Counted from the first letter of the stretch, positions 8,244 to 15,611 are shown. The stretch is 20,000 nucleotides of DNA from an uncultured virus (IMG/VR IMGVR_UViG_3300009610_000004) (IMGVR_UViG_3300009610_000004); one strand, 5' to 3'. The notes: generated by a model not told the origin, from the letters alone. A program made the numbers and translations.

Positions 8244-8482
8244 AGCGAACCCTGACCCGCGAAGAGATGGAAGAGAAGTTCACGCTGGCGATGCGGCTGC
8301 TCTGGGAACTGGCAGACGACGAGGAAGCCTTCAATTCGGCAGTGGACGACGAGAACGGCGGCAAGTACGAACTCGACGAGTCGTTCGACGAGTTTTTGTG
8401 CCAGTTGGGGAGCAAGGTTCGCTTTGTCCCCGCCGGGCATTACGCGCGGATAGCGGAGAAGAAGAAAGCAGAGGTGAAGTGA
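8240..8482 (+). CDS. Small acidic hypothetical protein
   Basis: GGAGGTG RBS; ATGA and TGATG coupling. Confidence 0.75.
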   Translation: MKRTLTREEMEEKFTLAMRLLWELADDEEAFNSAVDDENGGKYELDESFDEFLCQLGSKVRFVPAGHYARIAEKKKAEVK

Positions 8483-8782
8483 TGGCGGCGACAATGGCGA
8501 TTCTGTGCTGGCGTCCCTACGACGGCGACCCGGACGACATCCATACGGCGATGGAGATCTACGACGATGAGGCGTGCGGCGGTTGGCGTCCGGTGACGTA
8601 CCTTGCCATGCAGCAAGCGGCGGAATACAACCTCCGCTACGACATGGACACCGATCAGCTCACCGAAGGAAGACCTGGAAGTACTGGGCTCGTATGAGAT
8701 CGGCGACGGCGAGAGCTACGGCGACGGCGAGATGGGTAGTGCGGTGTACAAGATCAGACTCGAAAAACAGGAGGTGAAGTGA
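8482..8782 (+). pseudogene. Frameshifted acidic protein gene, probable paralog of 7941..8243
   Basis: The frame from ATG 8482 stops at 8697; the +1 frame continues EDLEVLGSYEIGDG...YKIRLEKQEVK to TGA 8780-8782, which overlaps the next ATG. Confidence 0.65.
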
Positions 8783-9039
8783 TGGCGACGATAGCCGGTA
8801 AGTCGAGGAAGACGAGGACGCGGTTGTCCTATTGGATCGAGGCGCGGCAGCGGCTGGAGGCCGCTCAGACCGCGCAATCGGACTACTGGGATGCGGTCCA
8901 GGATCTGGAAAACTCGTTGCGGGCGTTGTTCCCCGAAGCGGAGATCGACGTGGAAGGCGACGACATAATCGAGGGCGTCGAGTTCGAAGACCTGATGGAG
9001 AAGTTCAACCTCAAAGAGGAGAAAGGCGAGGACGAGTAA
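8782..9039 (+). CDS. Small protein with acidic C-terminus
   Basis: GGAGGTG RBS; TAATG coupling to the next gene. Confidence 0.75.
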   Translation: MATIAGKSRKTRTRLSYWIEARQRLEAAQTAQSDYWDAVQDLENSLRALFPEAEIDVEGDDIIEGVEFEDLMEKFNLKEEKGEDE

Positions 9040-9659
9040 TGGACAGAGAATACAGGCTGCTCATACGCGCGCCCGGTACGACGGCCCGGTGCGGCTTTCT
9101 GGCGGCTAACGATCAAGCGGCACTCGCCGAAGCGCGGCGACTGGCGAGGACTCACGTCAGACCCGCCGCGATCGTACTGGACCGGATTCAGTGGGAGGCC
9201 ACCGGCCTGACCATCGTGGCGGCATACGCGGATGCGCCCGCATGGTGGGCGGCGGGCGCGGGCCCTTTCGAGCGATTCCTCGAGCCGGCCCTCGAGCCCG
9301 CGGGGGCGCCGGAGCCGGAGCGCATCGAACAGGCGGCTGAATTACAGGCGGCTGACAACGTGCCAGACCCGGAGGGCGTGCGGTTCTGGTGCCCGCAGTG
9401 CAAGAAGACCAATTGCATCGACGTGTCGGCAACGGTCTGGGTGCGGATCACCGAGAACAGCCTGGATAACGTCCAGACGGACGCTGACGAGTCGATGGAC
9501 GGTTCTCACTACTGGGATGACGACGCAGCGGCTACCTGCTGCGACTGCGGCTTCAGCGGCACGGTCGCTGACTTCGACAACGACGAGGCGATTATCGAGG
9601 CCAAGATGCGCGAAGAGATGCGCGAACAGATGGGCCTCCAGAAAGAAGAGGTGGAGTAA
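9039..9659 (+). CDS. Hypothetical protein with acidic C-terminal Zn-ribbon domain
   Basis: GAGG RBS; CPQC...CCDC. Confidence 0.7.
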   Translation: MDREYRLLIRAPGTTARCGFLAANDQAALAEARRLARTHVRPAAIVLDRIQWEATGLTIVAAYADAPAWWAAGAGPFERFLEPALEPAGAPEPERIEQAAELQAADNVPDPEGVRFWCPQCKKTNCIDVSATVWVRITENSLDNVQTDADESMDGSHYWDDDAAATCCDCGFSGTVADFDNDEAIIEAKMREEMREQMGLQKEEVE

Positions 9660-9964
9660 TGGTGACGATTCGAGAGTTGCGCGACTGGTTGGCGAACGTC
9701 TGGCATGAAGACGGCGGCGACGGGATGATTGCCATCGACGAGGGCGGTCTGACGCTGGTGGTGGTGGGCTCCGATCCCGAGCAGTACCTGGAGGTGGGCG
9801 GCGACGATTACGATGCCGAGGATCTGTGCGAGGCTTGCGGGCGCGTGAGCCTCGACTGCTCGAAAGACCCGTGCCCACGGGTGATCCATGACCGGGGCGA
9901 GTGCGGCGATGAACACGGGCGGGAATCCTGCCCCATTTGTGAAGAAGAAGAGGTGACCAAGTGA
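9659..9964 (+). CDS. Hypothetical acidic, Cys-rich protein
   Basis: TAATG coupling; CEAC, C..H...CPIC. Confidence 0.7.
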   Translation: MVTIRELRDWLANVWHEDGGDGMIAIDEGGLTLVVVGSDPEQYLEVGGDDYDAEDLCEACGRVSLDCSKDPCPRVIHDRGECGDEHGRESCPICEEEEVTK

Positions 9965-10380
9965 GCGACAAGAAGAAGAAGATTGCTTTGACCGGCAGAG
10001 CGCCGGTCCTGATTGTGGAGGACGACTGGCCGGTGATTGCCAGCGCCAGCGAGAACGACCGGCACGGGGCCCAGATCGGCAACGACCCGAATCAGGAGAC
10101 CGACTGGGTGATCGAGGTGCGCGAGCACCAGGACGGGCGGATGCTCGTGCTGGCCCTGTACGACTACTCGACGCTCTACCAGGACGAGAAGAGCGTCTCG
10201 TTGCGCGGCGGCGAGTTGCTGGATTCGTTCACGCACACGAGCGCGGGCATAGTGGCGGCGATCCAGCGGGTGGGCGCGGCCATCGAGGCCAGGATACTCA
10301 GCCGAGGCGATGAGAGCGGTGTGTTCCCCCGGCTGGTCGAGGAGTGCATCGCCGATCTGCCAGCGGAGGAACTCGTTTGA
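9961..10380 (+). CDS. Hypothetical phage protein
   Basis: GAGGTG RBS; GTGA coupling. Confidence 0.75.
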   Translation: MSDKKKKIALTGRAPVLIVEDDWPVIASASENDRHGAQIGNDPNQETDWVIEVREHQDGRMLVLALYDYSTLYQDEKSVSLRGGELLDSFTHTSAGIVAAIQRVGAAIEARILSRGDESGVFPRLVEECIADLPAEELV

Positions 10381-10676
10381 CAAACAGTGCGCGGTTGCGC
10401 CAGAAGAACGCGAGAGAGGCATACGAACGAACGGTCAAGAAACTGGGGGGCGGCAACGCCCCCCAGTTTCCGCCTAAGCCCACTGAACAGGCGGCTGCCT
10501 CGCCGCCGGCCAAGAGGAAGCCGGGCCGCAGACCCGGCGATCCGACAAACACGGGGCCAGGCCGGGGTTTGACGGTCCCGTGCTGGTGGGGCTGCGGCGA
10601 ACTGGTGAGCGGCGTGACGCTGCGGCCGCACTGGGTGAACTGCCCGAACCGGCCAGACAGGCGGCAGACGCCGTGA
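10377..10676 (+). CDS. Small basic protein with a C-terminal CxxxC..HxxxC Zn finger
   Basis: TTG start in a TTGA overlap, GGAGG RBS; CWWGC...HWVNC. Confidence 0.6.
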   Translation: MTNSARLRQKNAREAYERTVKKLGGGNAPQFPPKPTEQAAASPPAKRKPGRRPGDPTNTGPGRGLTVPCWWGCGELVSGVTLRPHWVNCPNRPDRRQTP

Positions 10677-11677
10677 CCTACGGCAGCGTGTTCGCCGGGA
10701 TCGGCGGGCTCGACCTTGGACTTGACCGGGCGGGTATGATCTGTCAGTGGCAAATAGAAAAAGACGAGTACTGTCGCCGCGTGCTGGCGCGGCACTGGCC
10801 GGGAGTGAAGCGGTATGACGATGTTCGAAGGATTGGAGGGGGAGAACTCTCCCCCGTCGATCTCATGTGCGGCGGGTTCCCCTGCCAAGACCTCTCCCAG
10901 GCGGGTAAAAAGGCGGGGCTCGAGGGAACTCGCTCGAGCCTTTGGTTTGAATTCGCCCGTCTCGTTGGGGTTCTTCGACCCGAGTACGTTCTCATTGAAA
11001 ACGTGTCAGGCATCCTTGTTCCAGGAGCACTTTCCCGAGTGGTTGGAGGTCTGGCCGAACGCGGGTATGTGGGATCGTGGCTCAGTCTACGAGCTTCTGA
11101 CTTCGGAGCCTCCCATCTCAGGAAGCGGGTCTTCATTGTGGCCTACCGCGATGACGACGGACTCAGCGAGCGCGGCGAGGCGAACGACGACGACGGGAGT
11201 CTCACATACGGGCACCACGTTGTCGGATGCGATAGTCACATGGCAGACGCCGGGGACCGACAGTTTCCGCTCACGGGGCGGGGACCGGAAAGAGGAGATG
11301 GGCCTCGACCAGCAAGCGCGGCACTTTCCCACGCCAGCGGCGAGGGATTACCGGACGCCGAACAAGCGCACCTACCAGGAGCGGGGAGGCCGGTTCAAGG
11401 GCGAACAGTTACAGAACTTTGTGGAGCATTCGCTCCCGGCCCCAACGATCCCAGATGGGCAGATATCCTCAGAGAGCGGCCCGATCTTGCACCGGCTCTC
11501 CCCAAGATTCGTCGAGTGGCTGATGGGATTTCCACCGGGCTGGACCGAGCTATGAACGAGCGCTCGAAGCGGCTCGCCCGGTTAGGGAACGCGGTGGTGC
11601 CGCAGATCGCCGAGTGGTTGGGGCAGTTGATACTGGCTTTTGAACAAGGAAGGACGCGCCGCCCCAGCGAGGGATAA
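10673..11677 (+). CDS. dcm: DNA (cytosine-5) methyltransferase, large (alpha-like) polypeptide
   Basis: Motif I FAGIGG, IV GGFPCQD, VI ENV, VIII HLRKRVF, X LGNAVVP; motif IX is absent from this frame; GTG start in a GTGA overlap. Confidence 0.92.
   Translation: MTYGSVFAGIGGLDLGLDRAGMICQWQIEKDEYCRRVLARHWPGVKRYDDVRRIGGGELSPVDLMCGGFPCQDLSQAGKKAGLEGTRSSLWFEFARLVGVLRPEYVLIENVSGILVPGALSRVVGGLAERGYVGSWLSLRASDFGASHLRKRVFIVAYRDDDGLSERGEANDDDGSLTYGHHVVGCDSHMADAGDRQFPLTGRGPERGDGPRPASAALSHASGEGLPDAEQAHLPGAGRPVQGRTVTELCGAFAPGPNDPRWADILRERPDLAPALPKIRRVADGISTGLDRAMNERSKRLARLGNAVVPQIAEWLGQLILAFEQGRTRRPSEG
10815..11555 (+). CDS. Nested +1-frame methyltransferase small (beta-like) polypeptide carrying motif IX
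   Basis: 246-aa ORF wholly inside the MTase gene; GGAG 9 nt upstream of the ATG; ends RLSPRFVEWLMGFPPGWTEL (motif IX). Confidence 0.8.
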   Translation: MTMFEGLEGENSPPSISCAAGSPAKTSPRRVKRRGSRELARAFGLNSPVSLGFFDPSTFSLKTCQASLFQEHFPEWLEVWPNAGMWDRGSVYELLTSEPPISGSGSSLWPTAMTTDSASAARRTTTTGVSHTGTTLSDAIVTWQTPGTDSFRSRGGDRKEEMGLDQQARHFPTPAARDYRTPNKRTYQERGGRFKGEQLQNFVEHSLPAPTIPDGQISSESGPILHRLSPRFVEWLMGFPPGWTEL

Positions 11678-11729
11678 GCACGTCCGTTCCAGGTTATGTG
11701 GGATTTGATTCAGTGTAGCGTGAGGGAAT

Positions 11730-11996
11730 ATGGCAACGATGACAGACGCGCAACGAGCGGCCCTGGTGCGTATGCAGGAGGCGAACGCGGCGAAGAAGCG
11801 CGCCGCCGCGGGTACGGCCTCGCCGGAGCCTCCCGAACAGGCGGCTGACGGTGTCCAGGGCGATCCTCCCAACCCGCCGGGCACGCGCTGGGCGGATGAG
11901 AAACTCAGCGAAACTCGGCAAAACTCGGCGGTCGCGAGTGAGCCTATTTGTGATATGTGCGGGCGTAGCTGGCAGAACTGCGAATGCTGGCGCTAA
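11730..11996 (+). CDS. Hypothetical protein with a C-terminal Cys cluster
   Basis: GAGGG RBS; CDMC..CEC; converges on the MBL gene with overlapping stops. Confidence 0.55.
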   Translation: MATMTDAQRAALVRMQEANAAKKRAAAGTASPEPPEQAADGVQGDPPNPPGTRWADEKLSETRQNSAVASEPICDMCGRSWQNCECWR

Positions 11997-12778
11997 CCTA
12001 GCACCCACGGGCCCGAAGACGCACCCGGCTCGATCACCTCAAGCTCTGCCGTGAACTTCAGGCGATCCAGTTCGCGCCGCGCCATCAGCCGCACGAGCTC
12101 CGGGTCGTTCGTCGAGAGCGACAGGTGCCCCAGGAGCAGGTACTTGGTCCGGTGCGTCATGTGCTCCGAGATCCACGCACAAGCGGCTTCGTTCGACAGG
12201 TGCGTCTTCAGGATGCGTTCCTTCAGCTTGTAGGCATACGGGCCCGCGCGGAGCATGTCCGGGTCATGGTTGGCTTCGACGAGGACGAGGTCCGAGTCGG
12301 CGATGTAATCGGCGAGGTCGCCGCCCAGCGTGCCGAGGTCCAGGGCGAACGAGGCCCGCTGCTTGCCCACTTCGACGGTAAAGCCGAGAGGCTCCTTGGT
12401 ATCGTGCTCGACGGCGAAGCACTCGCACCGGATCTTACCTATGTCCCAGCGGCTCGACTGGTTGATCTCGCGGAACCAGTGGTGGACCGGAATCACGCCG
12501 GGCATCGTCGCCCACGTCGAGTAGGAGCAGTAGACCGGCACGCACCGGCCTCCGCGCCGCCAGCGGCGGATGAGTGTGCCGAGGCCGGCGCAATGATCGA
12601 TGTGCGGGTGAGTCAAGAGGACGGCGTCGATGTTGTCGACGGACTCGCCGACCGCCGCCAGGCGCGTAGTGGTTTCGAGCAGCGAGAGTCCCGCGTCGAT
12701 CAACAGGCGGGTGGTGCCGTCTGACACAAACGTGGAATTGCCCGCGCTGGACGTGGCAAGGACGGCGACCGTCAGCAC
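11993..12778 (-). CDS. Metallo-beta-lactamase-fold hydrolase (YycJ/WalJ-like nuclease family)
   Basis: LATSSAGN, LIDAG, THPHIDH (HxHxDH), VEHD, EANHD, HLSN, GHLS. Confidence 0.9.
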   Translation of the reverse strand: MLTVAVLATSSAGNSTFVSDGTTRLLIDAGLSLLETTTRLAAVGESVDNIDAVLLTHPHIDHCAGLGTLIRRWRRGGRCVPVYCSYSTWATMPGVIPVHHWFREINQSSRWDIGKIRCECFAVEHDTKEPLGFTVEVGKQRASFALDLGTLGGDLADYIADSDLVLVEANHDPDMLRAGPYAYKLKERILKTHLSNEAACAWISEHMTHRTKYLLLGHLSLSTNDPELVRLMARRELDRLKFTAELEVIEPGASSGPWVLG

Positions 12779-12808
12779 GCCGCACCACCAAAGGCGTAGA
12801 CTAGATGC

Positions 12809-12842
12809 GAGCCGAGCGGTGTTGGAAGCACCGCAGCGGCTC
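12809..12842 (+). promoter_or_regulatory. Leader hairpin of the HNH gene
   Basis: GAGCCG-A-GCGGTG-ttggaag-CACCGC-AG-CGGCTC; a TAGACT -10-like box at 12797-12802; AAGGAG RBS downstream. Confidence 0.5.
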
Positions 12843-12870
12843 TGACCAATGAGATCTGAAAGGAGATCGC

Positions 12871-13317
12871 ATGGCTAGCACCAAGTCTACTGTCGCAGGA
12901 TACTTCTGCTGGAAAGCAATGATCAGGCGCTGCACCAGTGAGAGGCATTCTTCTTATCCCAATTACGGCGGTCGCGGCATTACTGTCTATCCGCCCTGGT
13001 TGGATTCCTTCCAGAGTTTTCTGAACCACATTGGACCGAGACCTTCTCCGCAGCACTCTATCGACCGTATGGATAACGATGGCAATTACGAACCGGGGAA
13101 CGTCCAGTGGGCTACCACAAAAGAGCAACGCAACAACGCCAGGAGTAACGTGTTCGTCGAAGTGGGCGGCGAGAGGATTCCGGTGCAAGAGGCAGCACGG
13201 CGCGTGGGGATATCCAGGCAAGCCATGACCAAGAGAATCCGGCTGGGATGTCCTCCCGAGAAGATCTTTACGTCTGCCCAACCGGGGCGGAAGTTTAAAG
13301 CTGGCGGGGGGATTTGA
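12871..13317 (+). CDS. Free-standing phage HNH-type (His-Me finger) endonuclease
   Basis: WxxMxxRC, YGGRGI and SIDRMDNDGNYEPGNVQWAT motifs; C-terminal HTH-like segment; oriented opposite to its neighbours. Confidence 0.85.
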   Translation: MASTKSTVAGYFCWKAMIRRCTSERHSSYPNYGGRGITVYPPWLDSFQSFLNHIGPRPSPQHSIDRMDNDGNYEPGNVQWATTKEQRNNARSNVFVEVGGERIPVQEAARRVGISRQAMTKRIRLGCPPEKIFTSAQPGRKFKAGGGI

Positions 13318-13425
13318 ACCCCCATTACCCACCAAAGGTGGAGTGCTGTTTTCGTCTTGTTCTGACGAGTCTCTCTGGGGCTGCAGCCCCTCGCCGGGGG
13401 AGTTCCCCGATTGCAGAACGCCAGC
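13299..13425 (-). ncRNA. 127-nt tRNA-like RNA with expanded core and no canonical anticodon arm
   Basis: Perfect 7-bp acceptor stem GCTGGCG/CGCCAGC; T arm GGGGG-TTCAAAT-CCCCC; U8, A14, A15, G18 and G19 at canonical positions; 95 nt between the acceptor 5' strand and the T arm. Confidence 0.7.
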
Positions 13426-13442
13426 CATTATTATTGCACCTC

Positions 13443-13475
13443 AAAAATAGGGCGTACAGATCGTCCGTACGCCCT
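13443..13475 (-). terminator. Probable intrinsic terminator upstream of the tRNA-like RNA
   Basis: Minus strand AGGGCGTAC-9nt-GTACGCCCT-ATTTTT. Confidence 0.65.
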
Positions 13476-13539
13476 TGGATGAAGGAATTGGACGCAATTG
13501 TTTTCCCGCTGGCCCCTCCTCCGAGACGGGCCAGCAGTT

Positions 13540-13869
13540 TTACGGCTTATCAAGATTAGCATTCGATCCTGCACGTTCCTTGAGTGCCTTGTCAAGGGCG
13601 AACATGCTCTGCAGCCCGTCCACGATGAAACAGGCGTCGTAGGGGCCGATCATGGCGATCGGCCAGCCGTTGCGCTCGACGTTGACGGTGTATGGATCGA
13701 CCTCTTCGATCTTCTCCCGGTGCGGATTGACCGTGAGCCAGAAGTCCCCCGCTTCGAACTTCCACAGGCCCGGCAGCTTATTGAGCGGGACGACGCCATC
13801 GCGCTCGGCGATGGTGCAGATCGAGGTCCAGAGGCCGGAAAGAAACTTCGCCTGATGTTCAGACGACAT
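13540..13869 (-). CDS. Hypothetical phage protein
   Basis: 109-aa ORF with GAGG RBS, overlapping the upstream gene by 11 nt. Confidence 0.7.
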   Translation of the reverse strand: MSSEHQAKFLSGLWTSICTIAERDGVVPLNKLPGLWKFEAGDFWLTVNPHREKIEEVDPYTVNVERNGWPIAMIGPYDACFIVDGLQSMFALDKALKERAGSNANLDKP

Positions 13870-14089
13870 GGTTCAGCCTCATGTGCTTGGACATGCGCGA
13901 GGCGCTGATGATGGCCCCGCATTCGAGGCACTTGGCCTTGCGCGCCGGCCGTCCCACGCCGCGCAGGAACGGTGCAAAGCCCACGCGCTTGCGCAGGTAA
14001 TCGCTCAGGGACAATTTCTGCTTGTCGGCCTTGGCCCAGAGCGCCTCCAGTTCCTGGTCGTTGTCGAGCTTCATCACTATTTGCGGCAT
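13859..14089 (-). CDS. Ribbon-helix-helix-like regulator with a C-terminal C2H2 Zn finger
   Basis: PQIVMKL (beta strand), two helices ending SLSDYLR, GRP motif, CLECG...HMRLNH; ATG 14089 lies 7 nt after a TAGAAT box. Confidence 0.65.
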   Translation of the reverse strand: MPQIVMKLDNDQELEALWAKADKQKLSLSDYLRKRVGFAPFLRGVGRPARKAKCLECGAIISASRMSKHMRLNHVV

Positions 14090-14096
14090 CGTGCCT

Positions 14097-14144
14097 ATTC
14101 TAAACACGATTAGTTTGCCATCGCAAGAGTGATTAGCGTACTAT
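14097..14144. promoter_or_regulatory. Overlapping divergent promoters
   Basis: Minus: TTGCGA(14126-14121)-N18-TAGAAT(14102-14097). Plus: TTGCCA(14115-14120)-N18-TACTAT(14139-14144). Confidence 0.55.
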
Positions 14145-14163
14145 TTGCATTGAGGTGAAAGCA

Positions 14164-14982
14164 ATGAGTCTGGCAACTCTGAACGCGAAGAACTCGCGCG
14201 AGCGCTACGCCGCCATCTGGCGCAACTTCGACCGGGATCTCACCGCCGAGGGCATCCGGTCCTACATCGTCGAGAAGCGGGACGGCGGGTATGCCCCGGC
14301 GACCGTGAACCTGCACCTGGCGGCGCTGAAGTTCCTGGCCCGCGAGAGCGCCGCGGCCGAGGAGCTCCCCGGCATCGAGGCCATCAAGAGCCTGCCGGTG
14401 CGCGGCGTTCGCATGGGGACGTGGCTCTCGCTCGAACAGGTGACCCGGCTGCTCGACTATGGTATCCCCAATCTCACCGCGGCTCGGGACCGGTGCCTCC
14501 TAGCCCTGCTGACCGGGTGCGCCCTGCGGAGGTCGGAGGTCGCATCTCTCCAAATTGGGCACGTCCAGACGCTGGACGGGCGCGTGGTGCTCCTGGATCT
14601 GGTGGGGAAGGGCCGCAGGGTCCGGACGGTTCCCGTCCCGTCCTGGGCCAATTCTGCGCTAAATTCGTGGCTCCAGGCGGCCGGCCTCTCGAAGGGACCG
14701 GTCCTGAGGCGGGTCTGGAAGGGCCAAGTGGGCGAGGAAGGGCTGACACCGGACCACATTCACGCGATCGTCAAACGGGCGGGTGAACGGATCGGCGTGC
14801 CCCAGCTTGCCCCGCACGATCTCCGCAGGACGTTTGCGCGGCTGGCTCTGAAGGGCAAGGCCCAGTTGTCCCAGATCCAGTTGACGCTCGGCCACTCGTC
14901 GGTGGCGATCACCGACAGGTATCTGAACAGCACGGTGGACCTGGAGAACCCCGCCTGCGATGCCATCAAACTATGCCAATAA
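14164..14982 (+). CDS. Tyrosine recombinase (Xer-like, no arm-binding domain)
   Basis: Catalytic residues: LRRSE (R), GKG (K), HDLRR (HxxR), LGH, TDRY (Y); GAGGTG RBS. Confidence 0.93.
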   Translation: MSLATLNAKNSRERYAAIWRNFDRDLTAEGIRSYIVEKRDGGYAPATVNLHLAALKFLARESAAAEELPGIEAIKSLPVRGVRMGTWLSLEQVTRLLDYGIPNLTAARDRCLLALLTGCALRRSEVASLQIGHVQTLDGRVVLLDLVGKGRRVRTVPVPSWANSALNSWLQAAGLSKGPVLRRVWKGQVGEEGLTPDHIHAIVKRAGERIGVPQLAPHDLRRTFARLALKGKAQLSQIQLTLGHSSVAITDRYLNSTVDLENPACDAIKLCQ

Positions 14983-14984
14983 AC

Positions 14985-15611
14985 ATGGAAACCCTCCCCG
15001 CGCGTATGCGCTCTCTGAAGCTCACCGACAAGGGCGTCCCGATCCCCTGGTTCGTCGCCTACGTCAACGGCAAACCCGAATTCAGGGCGATGGACAACCA
15101 AAAGTTCATCAGCGCCATCAAGCAGCGTTTGTGCTGGGTCTGCGGCGAACGCATGGGCGTCTGGAAGGTATTTGTCGCCGGGCCCATGTGCGGCGTCAAC
15201 CGCACGTCGAGCGAACCACCCAGCCACTCGGAGTGTGCGCTCTGGTCGGCGCAAAACTGCCCGTTCCTGTCGAACCCGAAGATGGTGCGCCGCGAGGACG
15301 AACTCATCAACAACGACCTGATGCGGGACAACGTGGGCGGTATGGGGATCACGCGCAACCCCGGTGTCGCCATGCTCTGGCTCACCCGCGAGTACGAGCT
15401 CTTCCGAACCGATACGGGCCCGCTGATCCAGATGGGCGAGCCGGATTCGGTGGGTTGGATCTGCGAGGGCCGGGACGCTACCAGGGCCGAGGTCCAGGCT
15501 TCGATTGACAGCGGGCTGCCTCTCCTCGAAGCGGTGGCCAAGACCGAGAAGGGCGGTCTGGAAGCGCTGCACAAGGCCGTGGCCCGGTTCGAGAAGTGGC
15601 TACCAGTATGA
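14985..15611 (+). CDS. Hypothetical Cys/His-containing phage protein
   Basis: GVPIPWF, CWVCG, GPMC, HSECA, CPFL; alternative start at 14973. Confidence 0.75.
   Translation: METLPARMRSLKLTDKGVPIPWFVAYVNGKPEFRAMDNQKFISAIKQRLCWVCGERMGVWKVFVAGPMCGVNRTSSEPPSHSECALWSAQNCPFLSNPKMVRREDELINNDLMRDNVGGMGITRNPGVAMLWLTREYELFRTDTGPLIQMGEPDSVGWICEGRDATRAEVQASIDSGLPLLEAVAKTEKGGLEALHKAVARFEKWLPV

Noticed and set aside
8701..8732. Duplicated CGGCGACGGCGAGA
   Set aside because: Explained as a coding GDGE repeat in the frameshifted gene
3289..10631. Long minus-strand ORFs (e.g. 3289..4017, 3923..4570, 6386..7096, 7102..7884, 9342..10082)
   Set aside because: GC-rich shadow frames opposite a tightly coupled plus-strand operon with good RBSs
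12780..13340. HNH as a group I intron-encoded ORF
   Set aside because: The HNH is antisense to the flanking genes, the MBL gene appears complete, and I could not identify intron core elements
13299..13425. Interpretation as tmRNA, a standard tRNA or only an attP core
   Set aside because: No G3-U70 pair, CCA or tag ORF, and too short for tmRNA; no canonical anticodon loop; both acceptor strands and the D-loop are present, which an att core (3' half only) would not need
12772..13428. 218-aa minus-strand ORF spanning the HNH gene and the tRNA-like RNA
   Set aside because: Antisense shadow of a motif-bearing HNH gene; its N-terminus is simply the translated structured RNA; no recognisable motifs
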